In this document: in pieces, positions 50,407 through 61,700 of the stretch
How positions within the stretch are numbered: position 1 is the first letter of the stretch
Layout of the letters: each line of letters starts with the position of its first letter
Assembly (NCBI GenBank): GCA_043228905.1
Contig: JBHGNT010000011.1
Coordinates: 8,060,001 to 8,124,000, forward strand
Direction of reading: 5' to 3'
DNA length: 64,000 nucleotides
Source of the DNA: Azolla caroliniana
Taxonomy: Eukaryota > Plantae > Polypodiophyta
The notes under the pieces: model-generated
Database searches by the model: none
What the model was told of the DNA's origin: nothing
The model's input: only the letters and a program-made list of their open reading frames with translations
Made by a program: the position numbers and the translations under genes

Positions 50407-52211
50407 TGTTACCCGGACAAGTATAGATACGTCGGAGTCGGAGTCGGATCAACAGTTTGGATCGATGACTCATCAGATAGCCGAATAAGGTATAGTTAGT
50501 TACAAAGTTTTGTAATTCTTAATGATTATAGGCAGTAGGATTTCTTGATGAGAAAAGGCCTTTGGGTTACCTATAAAAGGAACCAACGGCATTGTAAAAA
50601 TCTATCGTTGTATTTAGTAATATAAAGTTTGGTTAGGAAATCTTTGTGTACGAATTGCTTTTTGCCATCTATTTCTTTCTGTCAAAACTATATTACATAA
50701 GTCACGATCTCGGTGTCTGTTATCACCGATAAGTTTACAAATAATTAGTATCTATTCGTCTAACCACAACTTCTTGATAGAATGTTCGGTACGAACGTTT
50801 GTCTTATACTGTGTCGGCAAAGTAGTAATTGTCGACCGAACAACACAGTATAATTTTGGCACGCCCGGTTACATTTGCATATAGCAGAGAACAAGACGAA
50901 TGGATGTTGTCTGGTCCGAATACACTTGTCAGTTGTAAATGTCCTTGTACGCGTTCTGTTACGAAGACGCTAGAGACAGAATCGGCTGAGGGATTATAGC
51001 AAGAAACAAGTAGAAGGTGGTTGGTACTTCCTGATTTAACTGATAGTCAGTCTTCCGACGAAAATAAGCCGAAATAGGTATCATTTTACGATATCTGGAG
51101 TGAGGACAATATGCCTTATCCGTACTCAAAGTTCTATGAGGGAGCTGATGCAGAAGTGCATGTGAGGGATTTCCTGACAACATGGGAGATTAACCATGGA
51201 GCTCAAAGATTGTAGGCGGCAACCGAAGATAAGTCTAAAATTGCTGAGTTCATTTTGTCATTGGAGGGTTATTCCACTAATTGGTTTGCGCAAAATGGTC
51301 TCCGTGGGTTCAAAACATTCGAACAATTCGAACAATTTCTACAGTTATTTCATTGTCAAATACTTCAAAAAGATTTGATAGCGCAAATTTATGTGTTGTA
51401 TTAGGAGCAATAGGAAACAATGTCTCAATTCGTGATCCGTTTTCAGAATTTGCAACTTCAACTTTCTAGGCCTATTCCGGACAATGAATTGAAGGATGTA
51501 TTCCTTGAAGCAATTTGTGAACCATTACGAACAACACTGAAGGCGTTCAATTTCCGGAATCAGAATATCGAGCAAGTGATTGATAAAGAAATCGCTATGG
51601 GCCGACAACTGATAAATGTACGGAGTATGGATATGTCAACACTAAATCGTACACTACCAATGATGGAGGAGGATCTTTCCTCAGAGCAGCAAGAGTAAAG
51701 GGTTCTGTGGGTTTGCCGGACAACGTCCTGGCCCACGAGCATGCCAAGTGTTACCTGGACAAGTATAGATACGTCGGAGTCAGAAGGATGTTCGGAGTCA
51801 GAGTCGGAGTCAGATCAACAGTTCAGATCGATGACTTAGCAGATAGCCGAATAAAGCATAGTTAGTTACAAAGTTTTGTAATTCTTGATAATTATAGGTA
51901 GTAGGATTTCTTGATGAGAAAAGGCCTTTGGGTTACCTATAAAAGGAACCAAAGGCATTGTAAAAATCTATCATTGTATTTAGTAATATAAAGTTTGGTT
52001 AGGAAATCTCTATGTACGAATTGCTTTTTGCCATCTATTTCTTTCTGTCAAAACTATATTACATAAGTCACGATCTCGGTGTCTGTTATCACCGATAAGT
52101 TTACAGATAATTAGTATCTATTCGTCTAACCACAACTTCTTGATAGAACGTTTGGTACAAACGTTTGTCTTATACTGTGTCGGCAAAGTAGTAATTGTTG
52201 ACCGAACAACA
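50407..52211 (+). mobile_element. Element G, 1.8-kb non-autonomous LTR element with a gag remnant
   Basis: LTRs 50407-50845 and 51749-52211; TSD gtggg/gtggg; PBS TGGCACGCCCGGT 50857-50869; gag-like SQFVIRFQNL..FLEAI. Confidence 0.93.
51707..51748 (+). promoter_or_regulatory. Hairpin plus anti-PBS motif replacing the PPT in G
   Basis: GTGGGTTTGCCGGACAACGTCCTGGCCCACGAGCATGCCA-AG-TG. Confidence 0.8.
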
Positions 52212-54032
52212 GTGGGGTAATTCTTTTCGGCAATAGAGAGGTTGCGGCTGCCATAATACACCAGGCAATACCAGTTCGGAGGCATTTTCTGCATCAGTGT
52301 GCTGCCGATGGCTATGTTAGAAGTGTCCACAAACATGTGGAAGGGCTGCGACTAATCAGGCGGTTGCACGATCGGTGCCTGTGAGAGCATCACTTTGAGA
52401 GATCGGTACGCCTCGTCCTCTCGTTCTGTCCATTGGAATGGAACCTTCTGGATCGTGGCATGCAAGGGTGTCGCAAAGTCGGCTAGGTAGCGTAGCATGC
52501 GACTGTGCCACCGAATCTGTCCCAAGAATCTACTGAGTGCTTTCGCTGTTGTTGGGGCCGGAGCATTTAGAATAGCGTGCACCTTGCCGGATCCACGAAT
52601 ATACCATCACAACTGACAATATGACCGAGTAAGGCACTACTAGATACGTAAAAAACACATTTTGTTGGGTTTAAGGTGAGTCGTGCCTGTCGACATCGTT
52701 CGAGACAAAGGTGTAGATGTCCGAGGTGCTGGCTCTGTTGTCCATACACGACAAAATCGTTGAGGAATCCTTGCATAAAAGCGGGGATGTACTCATCAAA
52801 AATCTTGGCAATTATGCATTGAAAAGTGGTCGGTGCCGTTTGTAACCGAACATCATTACGACTACTACAAATACCCCCCACTCGGTGACAAAAGAGGTTT
52901 TTTCTTGATTGTTAGGGTGCATTCGGATCTGGTTGTAGCCACTGAAACTGTCTAAGAAACTATAACATTCGTGGCCTACTACCGCATCAAGGACGTCGTC
53001 CGTGAAGTGAAGAGGAGGCATCTGTGATCGTGACCGCTTTGAGTTTACAGTAGTTCACGCACACTCGGATTTGCCCATTCTTTTTCAGCACGACGACAAT
53101 CGAGCTTAACCAGGTTGCCCTTTCTACTGGCCAAATGAACCCTACGTGGAGGAGTTTGTTGATTTCCTCTTTTACCTTTGCTGGGTAATTCAGGTTCATC
53201 TGGTAGTGACGTTGTTGTACCAGTTATGCATCATGTTGGAGGTGAATTTGGTGTTGATAATATTGGGGGTCTAACCCCTTCATGTCACTATATGACCATG
53301 CGAAGACATCATGATACTCGATCAGCAACCTGATCAGAGTTGATCGTTCCTCAAAAGCCAAGGCTTTTGCGAATTTTAGTGTTCGGGGCTCGGTAGAAGA
53401 ACCGAGATTAATTTCCTCAAGTGTTGAGGCTTTTATGCACTGAGAGATGGCTAATTCGCGTTCGAGTGCATCGTGGGTGTGCCGTAACTCCTCGATCGAT
53501 TGCGGGTCGGGGTTGTGTGGAACAATGTGGTCTGTTGTTGTGATTTCAGATAGATATGGCTCTACGGTTGTGAGAACATCGATTTTGAATAGGGGGACCA
53601 TTGTGGGATGCTCGTCCAAGAAGGATTCCATCTCGTTGTTCGCGAGACCGTCAAGCATATGCACACCTTAAGCATATAACGGGTTGTTGTCGGGAGGCGT
53701 CGTGATGCGGTCCTCCGTGACGACTTGAACTTTGGTTTTCCCACAACGAAATGATATCATGTTGCGTTGCGAATGTTGCTTGATATTAGTTGTTCGCAGC
53801 CATGGACGTCTGAGTAATGACGGGTAAGCGCCAGGAGCGTCGAGTCGTAACATTATTGCGGACACTTTGAAGATGTGCCCACCGAGGATGAAATCAAGAT
53901 TTCGGATTAACCCTATTGGTCGAACTGATCGTGTATCTGCCATTCGAAGCGAAAACCGACATGGCTCTCATTGCATGATGCCCAGGTCGTGGCATGTTGC
54001 CTCACTGATAACATTCACTCCTGATCCGCCAT

Positions 54033-56901
54033 TGTTATCTGTATAGGTGTACAGGAGGATAAAGTGTAATGTGTATGGTCTAAGGTGTTTAATGTATATG
54101 AGTGTGTTAGGATGAGTATGTGTTAGCACATGCACAATTATGTGCATGTGACAAGAATGTAACGGTCATATTATTAACCATTACATTATGTGCTATAAAA
54201 ACCCATTATGGGGCACATAATGAATATAGCTTTTCCCCACTCATTTTGGTCTCGTTCTTATTTTCACTCTCTCCTTCTCTCTCTCTAGGGGGATGAAGCC
54301 ACCACCCATCAACACTTTGGCACGCCCGAACGGCCGACCTTCCTTTGAGAGGAAGTCTCTTTCTATGCCTCTCTCTCTCTCCCTCTCTATAGCATTTCTA
54401 TGTTTGTCGGTGGTTGCGTGTATGCCTATGTGTGTGGGTGTATGCTGCTGCAAATGAAACCTAAAGCCAAGCAACGACACATGGTGCGTAAAGCTCCCAT
54501 CCCCCCCCCCCCTCTTCATCACGATTCCTGAGAAAGAAGTCTCTCTCCCTCTCCCATAATATCTCTCTGTGTCTCTCTTGCTCGCTATTTGTGAATCGTG
54601 TGTGTCGAGATGGCCTGTCAAGGCTATGGCAAGCGAGCCAAAATCTCCTCCCCTTCCTTCTCCCTCTGCTCATCTTCCTCTGTATAGAAGGCCTTTAATG
54701 AAGATATGGGAAGAAGGAGACAACCGCCGTCGAGAGGAAGAAGTAAACCCTAGAATAGGGAAGAAAGGGCTGAGATCAGAGACTTTGCTCACCTCAGATG
54801 TAAGGCAATGTTGAGGTTTCTCAATACAGTTGCATCTCTGAAGAGTGTTGGCGACCACTCGAAGGTCCCCCATCGTGGCTTCAAGCTCAATCTCCATCCC
54901 CAACCCCATTAATGAATGACAGCTCGCTCCAAGAAGGATAGGGAAGCTCCAAGATAGCCACTCATTTTACCACCTAAGATCTAGCCCTGTCTGTCTCTCC
55001 TGAGATCGGACCACCATGCCATATGATGGAGACGAAGCAGAGAAGAAGGTGGCTGACCTTCCTCGCCTTCATCCAGAGTCTCTACGCTTTCAAGATGAAC
55101 ATCAGTTCCTCGCTCTGTGGTCCTCACCCTCATTAGGGCCATGACCATGGAGATGGCCATGAAGGGGCATCGTCTACTGCTGTTACAGGGGATCAAAGCT
55201 CAGAAAACGGTGTTTGGATGAGGAGCTTTGAGAGCATGCTAGGCGGGAACACCCATTAGCTTGATCCTCTGAAATTGATCCAATACATCAAAGAAGTTGC
55301 AGCCACATGGAGTCGAGAAGATATAGGGTGATTTGGTCTTATTGGCTGAAAAGTTGTGGAGCTCATTGATGGAGGGAAGGCTGTCAAAAGATGCAAGAAT
55401 CAGGAATGTGGACAGAAGACGTAGATAAGGCAATAGGGGCTCTAAATCAAGATCAGGGGCGAGCTAATGAAAATATGATGCATATATAAGGCCTAAGCAA
55501 TATCGAGATACATGGCCTGATATCCATCGCGGTGATGCAAATGGTCTAAACCAGAAGGCGAAATCTACGACTCATGGCAAACAATTGCCGCCGCCGCCGC
55601 CATATTTCTCCCGCCAGAATACGAAATTGGTAGAGATGAACGATGGAAGAAGAAAAAAGAGAAGTAGCACCAAAAGGAAACACTCGTTGAGAATAAGAAC
55701 AAGTAGAAATTGATGCGTGATTACAATTATTTCCTCATGCCTAGAAGATGCAAGTCATCCTATCCTATTCTCAACCCATTGTCTCCAAATTTATGAGTTT
55801 TCACCGGATAAGAGTTGCATGATGTGGTGTGTACACAGAGATATTCAAGCTTTTACCAACAAATCAGATTGCAGGGTCATGAACATTGGTGTGCCGGTCA
55901 TGGAATCACAGAAGATGAGAAGACATAGAGAGAAGGAAGCAGAAAGAAAGAAGGAGCAAAGTCAAATTCCAGAGAACTGGGAAAGACAACACATGAAGAT
56001 GAAGATTACATTGTCACAAATGAGCATATGAAGGAAATGAAGAAAGAAGACGACAGAGGAGAAGAAGAAAAGGAACAGAGACAAAAGAGAGATAGAAAAA
56101 GAAAACAAAAAGAGAGGGAATTGAGAATAATTTCAATATCTTGAGGGCTTATAGGTGAAATTTCAAAAAGATAAGGGTACTTAATATAATTTAGAAAAAA
56201 CTTGAGGGGTAGGACATAAAATTTTGGAAACGCAACTCATCACTACACATAGTAAGGAAGGAAAACATATCTATGTCTATATATACACACCCACATACAC
56301 CCACAATTATTGATAAACCTAAATGACGGTACCACAATGGATAAGATGATTGGTGTGCGATCCAATCATGCGATATTTTGACCGAACAAGAAGGTTTGGG
56401 TCAAGCTAGCTCCGATCGAAGTTATCGATCGTTCAACACTAATCTGGTCGAGGAATTTACGATCGTGAGAGAAGAGAAGACCAATGGAGTTCTGGTCAAG
56501 AAGGCTTTTTTTCATCAAGGGCTTGTGGGTCTGATGTGCAATGCATTGTCCCACAGGCATGCTAGGTGTTATCCGTATAAGTGTACGGGAGGATAAGGTG
56601 TAATGTGTATGGTCTAAGGTGTTTAATGTATATGAGTGTGTGAGGATGAGTATGTGTCAGCACATGCACAAATTTTGTGCATGTGACAAGAATGTAACGA
56701 TCTTTTTTTTGTAACGGTCATATTATTAACCGTTACATTATGTACTATAAAAACCCCTTATGGGGAACATAATGAATCTAGCTTTTCCCCTCTCATTTTG
56801 GTGTCGTTCTTATTTTCACTCTCTCCTTCTATCTCTCTCTATCATAACCCCCTCAGGAGGGGGGTGAAGCCATTCTAGGCTTCACTCCCCACCTGTCAAC
56901 A
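54033..56901 (+). mobile_element. Element F, 2.9-kb non-coding LTR element
   Basis: LTRs 54033-54314 and 56567-56901; TSD gccat/accat; PBS TGGCACGCCCG 54318-54328; no retroelement domain inside. Confidence 0.9.
56525..56566 (+). promoter_or_regulatory. Hairpin plus anti-PBS motif replacing the PPT in F
   Basis: GTGGGTCTGATGTGCAATGCATTGTCCCACAGGCATGCTA-GG-TG. Confidence 0.75.
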
Positions 56902-57120
56902 ACCATCGATAATGCACCCGTTGATCTTGCAGCCTTTGATGATAGGTTTGATCGTCAGGTTCTGGGAATCCATTACTTGTGGTCCGGGTTCTAGCACTAT
57001 GAGGTGTACGGGTAGAGTAGTTGGTTCTTGGCTGGTAGTGAAAGATTGGATTGTACCCTTGAAGCATGGAAGCAACTACAACAATTTATGCAAAGGCATG
57101 GAGATTTGGCAGCTGGTGAC

Positions 57121-57584
57121 TATTACCGATTAGGAACACTGTCTACGGTCAGTCCTTCGACGTAGACCTCAAGGTGACTGTTTTGCAAGGAATGGTACCG
57201 TCGTACAGTAATACGTAATGGGATACTCTCTCGTATCCTAGTAGCGTATAAGGGAGACGGCTACAACCGAACTCCTTAGGAAGTGCATTAGTATCCGCAC
57301 TTATGCCTACACCCTTACGATTAACAATACGCAACAGAGAACAAAGAACACAATAGATAAAACCACAGATATGCACAAAAATCGGACAAGATAGTATTCT
57401 ATTAGAAAACGCTCATGCACCAAAATTACACGCTACCTTTTACAGAGGATTTCTGCCCTTTATATACATAGGGCCTATAGCCGTTCACGCTTCTCGTGTG
57501 AACCGTTACATGCGTTTCTTAGGCTTTACTATATTGTAATGCTTCTACACTTCTGTCTGTCGGTTACTATTCCGGCGGACAACA
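57121..57584 (-). repeat. Element A 3' LTR (inverted relative to the 5' LTR)
   Basis: Reverse complement of 112-576; followed in element sense by TSD gtcac. Confidence 0.92.
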
Positions 57585-57627
57585 CCTGGCACGCCTGTGA
57601 GACAGTGCCATGGCACGTCGGACTTAT
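57585..57627 (-). promoter_or_regulatory. Hairpin plus anti-PBS motif replacing the PPT in A
   Basis: Element sense ATAAGTCCGACGTGCCATGGCACTGTCTCACAGGCGTGCCA-GG-TG. Confidence 0.8.
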
Positions 57628-58770
57628 CCCTTTATTCTTCCTCCAAAATAGCCCGGATGTTTGGTTCCGCTCCGATGTCCTGGTCCGAGGACGATGTAGT
57701 GTCCATAGGCACATCGTTGTGTGGTTCCATGTCTTGTATTTGCTTGGTGGGGCTTTCGATGGCGTCAACATCTCCCTGTGTGGGCGGTTCAGGCTCTACT
57801 GGTTCAATGCCTTCCTCATTGAGTTTGTAGAAACCTCGGTCGTCTTTCCTTTGGTTCTCCTAGTCTGCCCGGTAGGTATGCAACTCCGTCGCTTGTGTTG
57901 CCCACGCCATCTAGCCTTTGTCTAGCGCCGCTTGTAATTGCGCCGTAAACCTCTCCCGATTTGTTTGAAGAAGTATGCGCACGTTGTCGGTTATTACTAA
58001 GCAACGGTTATGCGCTTCTTCCAGGGTTTTCTTGAGGTTTTCGATTTCTTGCTTACTGACCGCAGTCGCTTCCTCATAATTGCTCTTCATTCTTGCTCAT
58101 ATTTGAGATTCCTTCGAGTGTAATTCCCCCAGCTTGCCCATTTCGTTGTTCAAGCAATTTTCGACTTGATGCCTCACCTCCTGTTCCTGTACGAGCTGCT
58201 CATCATACCATGCTTTCTTCTTTTCCAATAACGCTCGGAGTCCTATGATCATGGTTTCCGACTTTTGCGCTTCCTCCCATAGTTTGGTGTTTTCTTCTTT
58301 CGTGCGGGTGTGCGCCGCTGCCTCCGCTTCGAGTTTCTCTTCAAGGGCCTTTACTGCCTTTCGGCCTTTGGCCTGGATGTCCTTTTCTCTGTCGGAGGAT
58401 TGACGAAGTTCGGAGCGGAGGCGATCAATCTCGGATTCCGCCAGCTGCACGTCCCTCTTTGCTTTTGAGGCGATGGTGATTTGGGCTTCAACCTCTTCTC
58501 TTAGGGACTAGGCCTCGGCGGTGTTGTCTGTTGGTTGAGATTCCTACTGCGTCGTAGTTGCATTCCATTCGAACTCCGCGATGCGTTCGTTGGCCTTTTG
58601 TAGCTCATCTTGGGTCTATTTAACCGTTTTCCAGACATTTTTGGTTTTAATCGCCATATCTTTGGCTCCAATATTGACCTTAGCCAGTTCCCTATGAACC
58701 TTGACGAGGGCCACGTTTAATGGGGGTAGTTCAATTCCCATTCGGCGTATACTGACATTCCGATGCCTGC

Positions 58771-61700
58771 TGATAGGGTGTATAAGATAATAGATAGTTA
58801 TACACTATATGAGGGCTTGACCAAACCGATTAGATGGAGTTGAAAATCATAATATATTATATAGCTCTAGGTAATTATGATTAGAGAGTATAACTCAAGA
58901 AACTAAGAAAAAAGATAGAGAAAGCGAGCAAGAAATAAGAATGTTCTGATATTCCAACATCAAGAGAATACAAAGGAGACAAACTCCACATTAAAACCAA
59001 AGACCTTCCTCTTCTAAGACACTTCTTCCTAACACTCCTCATCCACTCTTTGGTCTTCACTCTTCGCCTCCTTCTCTTCGCCCCCTTCTCACTCATATTA
59101 CTTCTTCTTTTATAACCTTCCTCTTCTTATCCACGTTCATGCTATTTTTAGAAGCTTTTTATCTCCCTATTTTTAGCTATGACACATCAACCTTCTAATC
59201 GTCATATCTCCCTCATCCGATATCCAAATTAAGCGATTTAAAAAGCTATAGAAAGCTCTTTTTACAAGCTTTCTAATCCATATTTAAACGTGATATTTGG
59301 ATAAACAACGAGGGAGTTATGACCATTCTATTTTTACTGTTTTTTATAGTCTGCGTTTTCTCTTTTTACTTTTCTCTTGGTCTCGTACTTTTACTTTTGA
59401 CTTCTTCCCTAAGGTCTTAGTTCGTGTTCTTATCCTCAAAAGGTGAATTATCTATACTTTATATTCTCCTAATGTTCAATGGCTTAGATTCTAAAAACAC
59501 TTTCACATTTAGCCCTCCCCCTTGTTAGAGGCTAAGCCATTTATGGCGAAGCACTTATTGGCAGTACTTAACAAACAAAAGCTCTCTCGCCAATCTCTTG
59601 GCTATAGACAATGAGAGAGATATAATAAAAAGAAACAAACTATGTGAGTAAAACCCCCGCTAGTCGGTAGGAAAAACCTCACACTCCTAGACACACCCAC
59701 ACACACATTGACAATTCCATCATCATCTTTCTCCTTGTCAACACAAAGAAAGAGGTTACCACAATCATTATGTCTTCGTTAACGCTCCAAAGACTAGTAG
59801 GGCCATGGGATACATCACTCTTGATAGCAGTAAGCATGTCAACATATAAATGAATCTTTCGAGCGAGCGCACCTTTTGCACAAATACTTTCAAAGCTTCA
59901 AGACTTGTCGGAATTGTCATCTTTGTAATTATGTTAATCTTTGAATCATCCACATGAAATCCTTTTTGGGACAACATATTGTCCACACTACCTTGTTTTG
60001 TATAAACAACCATTTTATCGACAATCTCATCTCGAGAAGGAAGTGAAAATTCATCTCGTTTGGTCGAATCATTCAAGGCTTTGAAATTGATCTCATTCTT
60101 CTTTGGAACCAAAACTATAGGTGACACACACCTCAAATCTTCCATCTTATAATTGGAACTTTCTTGTAACCATGCGTTGAACTCTTGCATAAATTCTTCC
60201 TTTTGTTCAACACTCAATTGCCGAAGCTTTGGGGAAATTGATACACTTTCCTTCAAGTTGATGTGGTATTTGTTGCAAGCTTCTCCTCTTATTCCAAAAC
60301 ACTTGATGAACACATCCTCCACTATGCTTGTGCAATGCACCACTCCACTATCTACTACAACCACCCTTGTTGAAGATGACCTACTAATAGGAATTCCTAC
60401 TTTGTTTACTACAAATTCAGAAATCAAGCTTACCCTAGCACCACTATCACCCAAGGCATCTTTGATGTGAACCCCTTTGATGGAGACAGGGATGATTGGA
60501 CGTATGTCCTTTCGATCTTCTACTCGCATGATCCCCACGTAATGCACGGTCTTTTGACTTTGGCAAATACTCACAAGCCTCCCCCACTCATTTTGTAATG
60601 TGGATGATAATTGGAGAAGTTGCGGCCATGTTATCCTTGGTCCACTCGATATCAATTCATGCTTCCGATTGAAAGATTCTACACCTTCTCCCATAGGAAT
60701 ATCCTTCATCTTTATCTTCCTTCTAGAGTGTCTCCTTCTCAATTTGTCCTCTTTCTCATTCTCCTTAGACTTCTTCTTTTGTCTTGAGTCACTAGATTCT
60801 CCTTCAACTTCTTTCTCCTTTTGCGAGGCTCTTGTCCTTTTCACAAGAGCTACTTCACAAGCACTATCACTATCATCAATAAAATTAAGAAGATTCACAT
60901 TATGAGGAATTGTAGGAACCTGAGTCATTGGAAGTGTTAGGGATTCGCCTCCTTCGACTCCATTGTTGATAGGTCGTTGTCCATTCCGTTGCACTTCATA
61001 CATGTCTCTTTCCATACCTCTTTGTTGTCGATGAGGACATCTTGTTGAGTGTCCCTCCTCTTGACAAGAATAACAAATTACACCTTGATGCCCTCTAGAG
61101 CCACCACCATCGGGAATAGTGTTGGAAATTGCTTGGGATTGTTGCAAGTGGGCCATCACTTCATCAAAGCGCCGATTCACCAACGCCATTGTATCTTGTT
61201 CACTCTTCACTTGTTCCACTTCTTGAGATATACTTGTTGGGTTTATTGTTGTGGTGGTATACACATTTGGAAACACTTGTCCACCATGCACAATTGAAGA
61301 TAAGGCTTGAAAGTTGGCACGAGGCATCAAATTTGCACCCAAAGCCGTCATTTGGGGATCCCCCATGGAACTCATCATCTTCACTTGTCGATCATAATCT
61401 TGACAAACTTGGAGAAGAGCTTGAAAAGTCGTTGGATCCTTCAAGCTTGCCTCCAAACGGAAATGCCTATCAAGGCCCACCTTAAATTGTTCTATCTTAA
61501 ACCACTCATCTTCGGTGCCACCACGAAGACGAATCCACGTCGTCCACAATTCTTGGAAATTTCGTTCATACTCTAAAAAACCAAAAGGTGATTCCATCTT
61601 TAGTTGAAAAAGCTCCTCCCTTACCTCAGTTGCACTTTTCCATTGAATATATCTTGTACGAAATTGATGCACCAATAATTGATATTCTCCTTGTTCATTT

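Larger units (their letters stand above)
32030..57115 (-). mobile_element. Element Z body, split by I, K, G and F
   Basis: Segments 56902-57115, 52212-54032, 47839-50406, 39646-40722 and 32030-33418 rejoin at TSDs. Confidence 0.87.
49160..57115 (-). pseudogene. Z gag-pol, split by G and F
   Basis: CIIDGGSGVNV; KKNGQIRVCVNY; LDSFSGYNQI; LSRFLGQIRWHSR; [11 protein letters not shown]. Confidence 0.9.

Noticed and set aside
112-57584. Giant DNA transposon or DIRS-like element with ~465-bp terminal inverted repeats
   Set aside because: Both repeats are TG..CA-type LTRs of a DDE-integrase element. TSD orientation and the identical behaviour of element B are explained by one later inversion.
59201-59323. 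Imperfect inverted repeat in the H LTR (GTCATATCTCCCTC...GAGGGAGTTATGAC)
   Set aside because: It is real, but similar palindromes are common in plant gypsy LTRs and nothing suggests a separate element.
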